Below are positions 11,301 through 22,298 of a stretch of DNA of 64,000 nt, piece after piece. Position 1 is the stretch's first letter. The number at the start of each line of letters is the position of its first letter. The position numbers and the translations under genes were made by a program. Location: positions 248,001 through 312,000 of the forward strand of contig JAQGDQ010000011.1 in the NCBI GenBank assembly GCA_030141605.1. Direction: 5' to 3'. The notes beneath the pieces were generated by a model that saw only the letters and a list, made by a program, of their open reading frames with translations, made no database searches and was not told the DNA's origin. This DNA comes from Tubiluchus corallicola (lineage: Eukaryota > Animalia > Priapulida).

Positions 11301-14300
11301 GTTCCAAACACAACTGCTGTGTAATCTAGACCGCGAGAGAAAACTTTGGCGCTTCTGAAAAACATTCTTGAAGTCACATCTAAATGTGTCTTTTAGTACT
11401 CTCTGAATAACAGCTGATCTGTTTTTGGTTTTATGGGTCACTTGGTTGTGCAACGGTTCAAAAAGATAGATCACTTCCGGATGTTGGTTAAAGAACCCTC
11501 CCGTCCAGGATGAGCCGGACCGGAAATATGCTAGTAGAATGATTATGTTTTTCTTCTGAGTTGCATCCACGAGGGCTGAGTGGTTGTGTATCAGTGGTGT
11601 GGGCTCGGTGGTTTTGTTCATTAGATCAGATCTCTCATTTTTTTGAACTCCCATGACATTCTTTAACATCAGCAGCACGGAATTTGTATGTTCAGTTGGT
11701 TTTTCATTAGCTAAATTATCTCCTAAACAAAAGTTTATCTCTTGAGAGTGTATTATCGATAATTATATTATAACTAAAAATAATTTTTAGGTTCAGTTTT
11801 GAATTTGCAAAGCAGAAATATTTTTATATATCTCAAGAGTATACTGTCTTTGACCAATTAAGAGTTATTTGCAATTATCAGAATGGTTTCTAAATCGAAC
11901 ATCCGGTTTCAGTAATTCGAAACTGAAATTTGTGGAGTCTAACTTGGTCTGCTGAAGGTATGTGGAGTTAAAGCACAAGGAAACTCTCCACTTACACAAA
12001 GCTTGGAAAATTCGTCTTGCAATTTTTGTACCACTTACATGCAGCTTTTTTGCGTAATGAGCTTGTGTCGGTAGTAACGCTGTATAAAACAGGTAAATTT
12101 AAACTCCCACAATAACCGTTAGAAGCAGCCATTTTGCCGATAAGTCATATGAAACAGGTTTAGATATCAGAGAATTCGTAGCATAAAGTTTACTGTATCT
12201 TGTCAATAAGATTAGAAATACATTTTTTGGTTAGTGAGTGGTACACTTTGGTGGTGAGTCAACGATATTTTAGTAATTGGTGAAAACAATCTAAATAATT
12301 AGTAATTTTCTTTTTTAGTTACGTAAGTATTTCAAGCTGGTAAGCGAACTGCTAAGTAATATAACATTGCATGGAAAGTTTTTTGTGACATAGTTTAACA
12401 TTTATTTTTCTTCCCCTGATTTACGTTGTGCGTAGGTGACATACAGTATTACGGGAAATTCAAAATGAAAAACAAGCAAAAAATTCTTTCAATACGGTAC
12501 GATATACGCATAAAATTGCTATGAAGTAATATAATTTTTTAAGGCAACTTTTCTAAAACCTACTTCGGGTAACCCTTTTCTTGTCATTTAAGCAACGAAA
12601 AGTTATTAGTAAATTAAAATGGAAACAAAAACTGCTAAACTTCAACTTTGTACCAATTTGAATAAATGTTGTCAAAATTACCTTTTGTGACATAACAGTT
12701 GTACAAAAAGCTGAATCCTGCCACGGCTGTAATAAAAATGATCGTTGAAAGCACAGCTTTTTTCTTCATGTTCTTCCTTGTGTAGAGGTGTGGAGCTTTC
12801 TGTTGATTAGGTCACTGATGTGTGGATACTTCAAGCAAATTCTTCTGTTTCTCTCACCTTGAGCATTGCTAAAGCTTAATTAAGCCGTGAGTTTTTCTCT
12901 AAAAGTGACGACTATAAACTGTATTTCAATAGTTAACATGCATCCAGTCTTTCACAATGTATTCCTGAGTTTTCCTACTCACTTATAGAGCAGTTTTTCT
13001 TGTCCTGCAGTGCTAGAGTACTCCGACAAGGATCTTGTAAACAGTCTTTCATGTAAAATGATACTTTGCTTACAAATCGTGCATACAAAATTCTCCTGAT
13101 TAAATAAACTTGTTTTTAGCATTCTGTAAAATAATACTTTGCTCACAAATGGTGCACGCAAAACACTCGTTAAACAAACATGCTTTTAGCATTGTTTAAG
13201 TTAAGATGTTGAATTACCTTACTTTTGGCAATTTGGTAAAATTCTATATTGGGCATTCTTTGTGTTTTGTCGCAGGTATAGACTGCCTACATTTATTGAT
13301 TTGTCATTAAATATTAAAGCTTTGAATAGCCGATTTACATACTATTATGTTATTGCTAACAAACAGAGCAACTATTGACATTTCTGAACAAGCACAGTCA
13401 TTCTGTATGTTATAGCATTATAGCATAAGTTGTTTTATAATGTTGTTGATGTTTTATTTACATTTACAAAGTTTGATAACTAATCCAGTACCAATAAGAT
13501 TCTTAATGCCTTTTAATACTTTGCAATTTTTTGTTGTTTTAATGAGATAAAATTTTCTAAATTACTGGATCAAGCAGTGAAGCTGAAACTAGCTTTTCAG
13601 TTACATAGTTATTATGCAAAACATTTATAAAAACAGTTGCATTTTTTTATTAATCTCTCGATATGGATAATTTTGGATATACAAGTATTTGATCAGCTGC
13701 TGAGTAATTCACTCATTTGCTAAGTTGTTTGTCATTCACTTATTCATTAAGTTGCTCATTCATCTATTTCGTTGTTTATTTAGCTATTTTTATTTCTGTT
13801 GTGATTCCTTAGTTCATATGTTCAGAAATGTAGACGTCATCTAAACCAATTTTACATACATATGCAATTTTGTTATAAATCTAGTAACACTGTAATTTTA
13901 AGTTGGGTTTATTTCCATTTTTGTGCTTTTGTCTGTTGTTTATTACTAACAGAGCAGTTCTTTTTATACAGTTTGCCCTACTATAAGTTAGTATCTAGCA
14001 TTTAACACAAGCCCTACTCGAGGGTAAATGCTGGCGGCTTAATGAAAGCTTCACCCAATCTCAAAGATAATCATCTAAGGTGAAACACTGCACCAGCAGG
14101 ATTATGTTAGCCACACTCTGATGTGTAATCCTCTCTTGGGAAATGGTAGTAAGCAGCCGAGTAGCAGTTTTCTGCCAGTCACCCATCCAGTGTCTAAGCA
14201 GTTGTGACTTTACTTATTATCCCTTGTTCACTACACTGATTATTACACTGTTAGGAATGTTTCACGATGCAGCGGTTCTGTAAAAATTTATTTTTATTTG

Positions 14301-14953
14301 ATTGTTAGACTTATTTGTCAGCCAGCTTAATCTTATTTTCTAGAACCGATTTCGGGGTAAAGATTTCTTGACTTTTGAGCCTGTCACCTTAGTACCAATA
14401 CAGCAAAAACTCTTGGATACATCACTGCTTACCAGGGCAGAAGTAAGTATAGAGAATTTTAACTTTTTTATGTTATTTTAACAACGATTATTTCTTAATG
14501 ATAACAATAGTGACAATGAATAAAAAACCCACAAATGAAAGCAGGGAAAAACTATAATTCCTGTTTAGGTGAACATACAAAAAGGACAAAAAAGAAAAAA
14601 AATCACAGGTAATTATTGGATCAGTGAACAAATTTTTGAGGAGTTTTTTGTTTATATTTTGGTTATATAAACTGTAATGTTAGTTTTGCAACTGTAATTC
14701 ATAATGTTTTAATTACAATAATTCTGTAAATTTTCAAAATATGATGTTTCACTTCACTTTTATCTTCGAAAGTAATTTAGAACTGTTTTATTTTTCTGAG
14801 GTCATTTTCTACATTTGTTTTTTTACTTTGCAGATTGACTGGATCAATGCTTACCACGCCCGATGTCGCAATGTCTTGAGTCCGCTGCTAGAGAAACGAG
14901 GACTGTCCGATGCTTTGGAGTGGTTGCATCGTGAAACGGCGCCTTTGCCTTAA
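5324..14953 (+). CDS. XPNPEP1: Xaa-Pro aminopeptidase 1 (aminopeptidase P, M24B), last 7 coding exons; 5' exons lie upstream of the window
   Basis: GT-AG exons 5324-5384 ([13 protein letters not shown]), 5878-5947 ([14 protein letters not shown]), 6244-6348 ([32 protein letters not shown]), 7589-7660 (PQSISW..MIITI), 9745-9821 ([18 protein letters not shown]), 14344-14442 ([13 protein letters not shown]), 14834-14953 ([19 protein letters not shown]). Phases are consistent and the metal ligands in these exons are present. No GPI-type tail, so cytosolic type. AATAAA at 15079 and 15306. Confidence 0.96.
7129..7450. mobile_element. PIF/Harbinger-like MITE
   Basis: ~25-bp TIRs TATGGCACGTTCAGACTAGAGAGTT ... 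AACTCTCTAGTCTGAATGTACCATA in a TTA/TAA context; related inverted copy at 61478-61666. Confidence 0.8.
8667..9095 (+). repeat. Dispersed repeat family A, copy 1 (other copy 45301-45741)
   Basis: Colinear similarity over ~430 bp (CCAGGCAA.AAAACGGCAAAAATC.AT.TTGAACTGTGC ... CTAG.TTCCTTTT). Confidence 0.75.
10020..10400 (+). repeat. Degenerate direct repeat B, copy 1 (copy 2 at ~12060-12415)
   Basis: Shared blocks in the same order: CTGTATAAAAC, AAATTTAAACT, TAAGTCAT, TATCTTGTCAAT, TGGAAAGTTTTT. Confidence 0.65.
10695..12769 (-). CDS. Golgi carbohydrate sulfotransferase (CHST1/3/4/5-like Gal/GlcNAc 6-O-sulfotransferase family), 371 aa, nested antisense in an XPNPEP1 intron
   Basis: Exon 1 12769-12682 encodes a type II membrane anchor [29 protein letters not shown] with a phase-1 GTAATT donor. 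Exon 2 11722-10695 follows a TTTGTTTAG acceptor in frame, with the 5'-PSB loop [18 protein letters not shown], the 3'-PB motif HLIRDPRG and IRYEDIA. Confidence 0.92.
12060..12415 (+). repeat. Degenerate direct repeat B, copy 2
   Basis: Colinear with 10020-10400. Confidence 0.65.
13050..13195. repeat. ~70-bp tandem duplication upstream of the sulfotransferase
   Basis: Two units of TGTAAAAT.ATACTTTGCT.ACAAAT.GTGCA..CAAAA...TAAA.AAAC.TG.TTTTAGCATT. Confidence 0.75.
14160..14215 (-). mobile_element. 5S rRNA-derived (SINE3-like) fragment
   Basis: Minus strand CTTAGACACTGGATGGGTGACTGGC resembles the 5S internal control region (TTAGTACTTGGATGGGTGACCGCC). Confidence 0.4.
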
Positions 14954-16079
14954 AGGCAATGTGTACGCCAATTTTCCTAGCATTAATGCATTTAAACTAT
15001 GATGATGTTTAATTCATGTTATTGGGTACTCGATGTAGTCTGTCTTGTTATAGCCGTTGGTGGATTTGTGGGCTGATTAATAAAAGTTTGATTTGGATGC
15101 AGAAATGTGCAAAATGTGCAGTAAGTACAACAAAATCAAGTAATTTCGGCAACGAGACATTTACAAATGCACACTTTGCTTTTGCTCATTTTCATAACAG
15201 GCAATGGCAAAGGTAAACATAACTCCATCTTGCACATTGTTCAGTTTATTGTAACAAATGCAGTGAAACAGAAGCATTGCACTCTGCAAGAATAATGGAT
15301 AAAGAAATAAATGAATAAATAAGTTTGCATTTACCAGTCCAGATTATATTTCTTCAACTGCTACTCGTTTAGGATGTTAAAAAATTCATTGTGTTTCACA
15401 TGCATGTGTGCACATAATTAGCAGTTTTGTGACACTTTATTGCTGTTACTGGATTGTGTGAAAAATGCTCTAGAATACATTTTCAGTCATTAACCCTACA
15501 CTTCTAGTACCGGACGTCTTAAATGGTTTATTAACACATTAATAACTTATCGTATTGCAGTGCTGTCAATTCAAATCCAAGTGTCACACCATTTTGCATA
15601 GTTCTGTACTAATTATTCCCTAGATTGAACATTCATGCGATGTGCAATTAATGGTTGTTTTTAATATTTTTATAAAAAAGGGCTTTCAAAACATTCAACG
15701 ACATTTTCACTATAGTTTATCATGTTTATATTATATGCATTTCTATAATAAAGACAATTGTTACTGCAAAGTTTCTTGTCCTGCAATTTTCATTACTATT
15801 TTCATGTGTTCTGATCTGTTACAAACTTATATTTTGAGTTAGCACTTTGCATGACAAATTATGTCAGGACAGCAATTGTTATGCAGCAATTTAAAGCATC
15901 AGATCTTTAAAATTATAAGTAAATATTACACACAAGCACCAATAAAAATTTACGATACGTATCAGTGTATCGTACATCACAAGCTATCATTTCCGTCTGC
16001 CTTGTGTGTGCCGTATAGAGATTGTATAACAACTGTTTAACAGAAAATTAATAAGGAACAACAAAACTGAGATACGATC

Positions 16080-16605
16080 CACTTTTTGATTCGCTTGTAC
16101 CAGATGGTGAGTGCCACCTGGTGAATGCTAGCCGAATGATCAGATTTTGCATTCTAATCAGTTTATCGTATTGTCTACTAAGCACAGTTTATCTGGGGAA
16201 ACACTCTACCTCCTTGTGCGCTAGCTTGGTCAGTAGTTTAGTATGTGCAAATTTCTCCAAACGTGTTTTGAAGGCGCCGACTGTGGTGTTATTGATAACA
16301 TCTTCAGGCAGTGAGTTCCATAGATTTACCTCTGCGTTTGAGAAACTAAACTTGTTTCCTGCCTGAACTGTCTTTTATGTATTTTGTTATTGTGGCCTCT
16401 TGTTACTGAGGGACGGCAATCAAAGAACAGTGCAGTCCGAAACACCTGTACATTTTATATATCTCTATTAGGCCGCTTCTAGTACGTCAGTGTGTAAAGC
16501 TGTATAACTTGAGTTCCTGTAGTTTGTCCTCATTTGTACTGCTGTTTATTCCAGAGACCATATTCATAGCTCTCTCTTGACTTTCTCTATAGCTGAAATA
16601 TCCTT
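16080..16605 (-). mobile_element. CR1-clade LINE 3' fragment (degenerate)
   Basis: Minus-strand remnants DISAIEKV, TRGHNNKIHK and VNLWNSLPEDVINNTTVGAFKTRLEK, typical of the CR1 ORF2 C-terminus; frameshifted. Confidence 0.8.
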
Positions 16606-17159
16606 AAAAAGCGAACATAATGGATGTTACTTTTTGTTTTCAATTATGTTTTGCCAAAATTATTATGCTCAAGTATCTTATTACAAAAGACTGTTGTATA
16701 GAATTCATACTGATTAATTATTAATTATAGTATATTTTGTATTCGGGTGTAAATGGGGAGATAAATAAAAAATGCCTATGCCTTTCCATGACCTGCTTGA
16801 ATGGGCAAATAGTACCTTTTTCTTAAAATAGCTATTAAAGGTAAAAACTAACCTGTACATAGGCTATACGGGTATAAAACAATTCTGAATTTACAGGAAA
16901 ATGTTTTGAAACTGTAACCTAGCCCTAAGCTGTAAGCGTCAAAGCCGTTAAACAAAGTACCCTTTTTATGAAGCTGTTCAAGCGGCCAGTTCCACCTATT
17001 AAATTATTTCTGGCACCTCGTACTACCCCCTCCCCCACCCGTGTAGGCTTGTTCACGGTGGTCTGGTAACTCTAGTTACCTAAGGTAAGGGGAATACTAA
17101 GACCTGAGCTTATGGGGAACGGTTACTTTTCGACTGCCTCTAGTACGTTTCCATACTTT

Positions 17160-17333
17160 TAGAGGATTGGCATTAGCCAATCATTCACGAATAACGGGTT
17201 CACGTGACAAAAACAGGTTCTCGTGCTATCTGAATCAAATTTTGGAAAAATGTAGTGGCAAGTTGGTGAAATGTGCGTTAAAGTTTTTTTATGGATTTAA
17301 TTTAATATAACAGATAGTTTGAAGAATAGTAAG
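17160..17333 (+). promoter_or_regulatory. Candidate promoter and non-coding first exon of the RGS12-like gene
   Basis: Inverted CCAAT pair GATTGGC..GCCAATC (17165-17182), E-box TCACGTGA (17200-17207), donor AAG/GTATGT at 17333/17334. The first coding exon has an acceptor just before 22286, so an upstream exon is expected. Confidence 0.4.
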
Positions 17334-17639
17334 GTATGTGTAAACGAGTAAAGATTTTAGTTTTGTCTGAGATGCTTGAAATTTATTCTTTACTTTTTGT
17401 ACCTTTTATTTTTTCTACCAAACTAGTAGTAGTAACTAAGTAAAAGTAAAAGACTAAAACATCAGTGATTGAGATAATAGACCCGTTACCGTGTTACGTC
17501 CACAGTATTATATATTAAAAATTTCGAAATTACTGGTTGTTATACTTGAAAATCGATTATCGAATCAATTTCATAATTCATTAATTGACTGATTTATGAA
17601 AATGAAATCGATGTCCCGCCACTAGTGTGAATATCTTAA

Positions 17640-18707
17640 TTTTTTACACCAACATGTAGATTTTCAAACAAAAAGTAAGAATATCCTAGATCTAATTTCA
17701 TCAACTAAACCAAACTTACTAAGCAATATTACTGACATTGGTAAATTAGCTCACAGTGATCATATTACAATACTATGTAGTGTCAGTGTGGTATTAGATG
17801 GAACTGAAAATGCATTATTAGTACCAAGTTGAAAGAGGCCAAAATTCAGGAGATGATAAGAAGTTTGAATGCTATTAAGTGAGATAATGAAATATCAGGT
17901 GACGTCGAGATTGCATGGGTGAACCTAAGCCATTTGTTGAACAGTGTTATCAGTTAAAATGTGCCTCTTAAACCAAAAAGGGTAAATTAAAAAAAACAGG
18001 TTGTGGGTAACATGTAAAGTCAAATGAGCTGTGCGTCTGAAAAAGAGGTTATGGAGTAAATACAAAGCATCTGGTAAGGAATATATGTTGAATAGGTATA
18101 AAGAGGCTGAACTGAAGGTTAAAAATTTAACTCGGCAGCTGTTAGGAACTTTGAACAGAAACTTGCAAATAATGCCAAAACGGATCCAAAGTCTTTTTAC
18201 AAATGTGTAAACTCTAAGCGAATGGTTAAAAACACTATTGGGTCTATTATGAAGTCGGACAATGAAATTGTGGTGGACAAGAGTGCCATTACTGAGTGTT
18301 TTAACCAATTTTTTGCATCTACTTTTACTGATGAGGATGTTAGTCACATGCCAGTGCCACTGCAAATTTTTAGAGGGTCTGAGGAGTTTTTGTTACCAGA
18401 TTATGCAGTGACTGAGGAAAGGGTCTTGTTGGAATTAGGTAGACTTAAGAAGAATAAAGCCCCTGGACATGATGGTTTTGCTACAAATGTACTGAAGGAC
18501 TTAAGAGAGTGTTTGGCGAGACCACTGGGTTTGCTGTTTAGTTTGAGCTTACAGTTAGGACCAGTGCCAACTGATTGGAAATGTGAAGATGTAACTCCAA
18601 TATTCAAAAAGGGAAGTAAGGTTTTGACTAACAGTTATTGTCCAATATCCCTAATGTCACAGATCTATAAAGTATTTGAGAAACTATTGAGGGATCACAA
18701 ACATTGA
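17640..18707 (+). mobile_element. CR1-clade LINE internal fragment (APE endonuclease end to RT start), frameshifted
   Basis: QHVDFQTKSKNILDLI...LAHSDH (APE C-terminus), then KAPGHDG..LKDLRECLARPL..VPTDWK..VTPIFKKG..YCPISL..KVFEKLL (start of RT). Confidence 0.9.
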
Positions 18708-19179
18708 AATAAGCCTAACCTTCTAGAAAGTTTGGCTTTCCTTTAACAGTGCCATGGTCGTGAAACTTCTCATGTTGGATGTCTTTGTCAGTATGTCAAA
18801 TTTATTTTGCTATGTATAATTCATTTAAGTAATATTATATGTTATTATATATATATATATATATATACCTGTGTAATTGCAATTTGTAAATAGATCCGTA
18901 AAGTTCTATTAACACAGCTTTTTATTTAGACTAATTATTGCTTATTACTCTGCCATTGCTTCTAAAAAACTTGGAAATTTGTTCTGATGTAGAAATAATC
19001 AAACGTTCGTATTCTAACACATGCCAAGAAACACTGTTTTATTATTATTTAATCTGATTTGTAAGATTATTTACTAATGAAATTCTGGTACCAAACTTGA
19101 CTAATAGGAAAGCTGGAGCTGAACTGCATATGACCTAGGATGTTTGGAGTTTGGAATATAAACCCAATATCTTAATGTT

Positions 19180-19245
19180 GTGTTTAGTGGTAGTGCTAGA
19201 TTAAGCTTGTAATTGAAAGGTACCTGGTTCAAATCCAGGCTGTGA
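19180..19245 (+). mobile_element. tRNA-derived SINE head (related copy on the minus strand at ~44480-44525)
   Basis: TAGTGGT...TTGTAATTGAAAGGTACCTGGTTCAAATCC (B box); the minus copy reads TTTGTAATCCAAAGGTAGTCGGTTCAATTCT. Confidence 0.5.
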
Positions 19246-22200
19246 CTTTATTTCCAACTTTTTACATTTTCTTCCTTTTAGTCAAATTTGGTTTTTATGT
19301 TTCAATAACTGTAAGTTTATTCCATTTTTAAACACATTGTCTGATTTAGTGTTGTTGTCTAAGGGCCTTAGTAGCCAGGCACCATTTTTTGTCAAACTTG
19401 TCGTTCTCTAGAATTTACTTATATCAGTTAGGATCAAACTGACAATTGCTGCCTGTTTGTTCAGTGGATAAGTGGATTTTTGAGATAAATATGGCGACAG
19501 AGCCTAGTAAAAGCCAAATTTCTTTGACAAGTGCACAAATTTCTCATGGTGGTTTCCTCAAACAAATTTCAAAAGCAATTTAGAGATCCCTTGTTAAACT
19601 TATTTATAATGTACTTGTATATGATGGATAGAAACAAACTCTTGATTTTATTTATTTAGCACCTTGATCTTTTTAATAATTAAGTGATTTATTTCAAACC
19701 CGCAATGTTTCTGTTAATGCATTCTACAACATATTCCAGGTGATAAAGATCTCAGAGGCAGTAGAAATGTTTTGGGTTTAATAAATGATACGAGTGGTAT
19801 AGCTGCCAGAGTTTATTAGTAGATAATTTATTTCAGTGCAGTTAAAACTGTGGTGCTTTTTATATTCTCAAATTTGCTTGAATTCAGCTAAGTTCTATGA
19901 GAGTGACTATACAATCAAAATAACCTCAGTAAACCTGTGTTCTCCAGTTAGTATACAGTAGGTATGGGTCCAGAGGCTAATTATTCAACCAAATTCACAT
20001 ATTGTGTATGCTTAATTAGGTGTGCTCCTTTGATAGATGCAACAGTCCGTAAAATAACAGAGTACAGTAGTAAATTAAATGCTTCAGGGCTGCTCCCTGT
20101 CAAATTATTGATACGATTTTAAGATCTATGCAAAGCCCAAATGCTGTCTGTTTTTGAATTGATTGATGGTCTTATTCTTTATTACCCTGAAATTAAACAT
20201 TTTGAAGTAAATGCACGTATTCTGTTCGACACTCCTTAAACTTGTCTTTGAAAATGATAGCAGTTTAAAATTTAATTTAGTTGCAAACCTGTTTTCTTGA
20301 ATGTCTTGACTGGAGGGGATTCTTATGGCCGTTGTTCAACTAAAGCGAAATTTTATTGCAACAGTTTTATCGTAGTTCAATTATTGTTACATTTTTTTGT
20401 TCGATTTCGGTGGATTGACCCCATCTTTGTCTGCATTCAGTGGGTAGTGGTTACTGGTACTGTACTGTGTAGCGAGGCCAGTGGTCTAGTAAAGGTATGG
20501 CACAGTTATTCAACAGTTTTTCAACATTTATTTTGAAGCTTTGTAGGTTTTGTAAGTTGAATGGTGTTAAGCTGCCTGATACTGTCTAATTCTATTTTGT
20601 TGTCAAGTTTGTGTGATGAAACTGCATGTTTCTGGCTTAGTCTAGATCTGGTTCTAACATCCGTATGTGCTTGTTGCATAAATCTCTTGAACCAGAGCTT
20701 TATGTAAGAATGCATCGTACAATTTCGGATTTTTTCTGACGACTTCCTATTTTTTACAATTTAAAAACAATGATTTTTAAAGTGGTGTTTGGCACTTCCT
20801 TGGAACCTGGTATCCCACACTCAATGCAAAGCTTCCTTTGCTTAGATAGGCATGGCAGGACTGGAATGCATCATAATTTTCTAGGATTAAACACTGAGCC
20901 TGCTGACGTGCCTTGTTCATGTTCAGGACGCTAGGAATTAGGATTCTCACAAATTTTCATATGTCCTCACTCTATCAATATAATAACTGGAGACATCAAG
21001 AACTGCATGTTCTCAAAGAAAATCATCCGTCACTTACTGGCCATGCTCAGTGTTGTTTAACTTGTTCACTCAGTTGTTCCTTGTCTTCTCACTTTGCTAT
21101 GTTTTAGTCTTTTCTTGAAAAGAAAAACTTGTCTTTGAGCTACTTTAATTTCAGCTTGTATGTATATCTTACTATTCCACAAACACCTTTATAACACCAT
21201 GCACAAAGGATTTAAATAGCCAATCACCATTTGGCTACATCCTGCCAAACTTTGAAAACTTGTTTGTTACTTGCTTGAATGCGAAAAAGAGGGTACTTGA
21301 CGTATCCTTAGAGGTGAGGAATTCGAAAATGTCGGAACTTGCTTGTGCGAAAATCTGGAACTTTTGATTACAGGTAGGAACTACTGCAGGTGCTTGAAAG
21401 AAATTTTTGCTTTTTTGTCACCCTAGTTTACGATGATGGTTATATAAGTTGGCCAACATTCTAATTAATTAATATCTGGACCAAAACATGGCATTAATTT
21501 ATTAGCCTTAGAACTATATCAGTTACACTTTACAAAAAAATTAATCTAATTATTTAGTGGAAAAAATATTCTCTGGTGCAAGTAACCTGATATAAGAATA
21601 AATTAGTAAAGACTTGCCAGTCCTGCTAGGAACGGGAGCCGTAATCAGTTAGGTGGTCAGGGCGTTGGATTGAGATTGGAAGATTTTTGGCTGTTAGGTT
21701 TCTGAGGTTTTTACGTTTTCTTTCATTTGGTCAAGTTAGACTTGTTTTAAAGGACATGTCAAGCTTTCAGGAAATTAGGCTTATTTCAGCAATTACGAAA
21801 ACTGTTAAAAGGATTTTGTCATAAAAGTGTCTTGTGTAATTAGCAAATTCACTTTGATTAAAATAAATAAAGTCATAATATATTGATTTCATGCTTGGGT
21901 GCTGCCATTTTGAATGCTTATGCTTCCACCACTGGCATCATTCATCGATTGAAGAAAAGTAGTACACTATCAATTTTTGTCGAAACTATAATAATTTTTT
22001 ACAGAACTTGTGATATTTCTTCATTGTCTTAAAATTTCTATGCAGCTGTAGTATAAATTAACTTGATAACTTATAGACAGTTTTTTTGCAAATTTCTTTG
22101 TTAAGTTTAAGTAATAACAGTAAAATAAACCCAACATGATAAGTGACTTGTTTTTTCTTTTAAAAACTTTAATACTGGTGTGTTCATTTTATCCTTATAA

Positions 22201-22298
22201 GTAATAAAATTGTTTATAAATCAGATCGAAGGTGCATGACCACCTGGAAAATTCAGTGATTTAGTCCTCTAAATTTATTTTCCAGGTTTTATCGTAAA

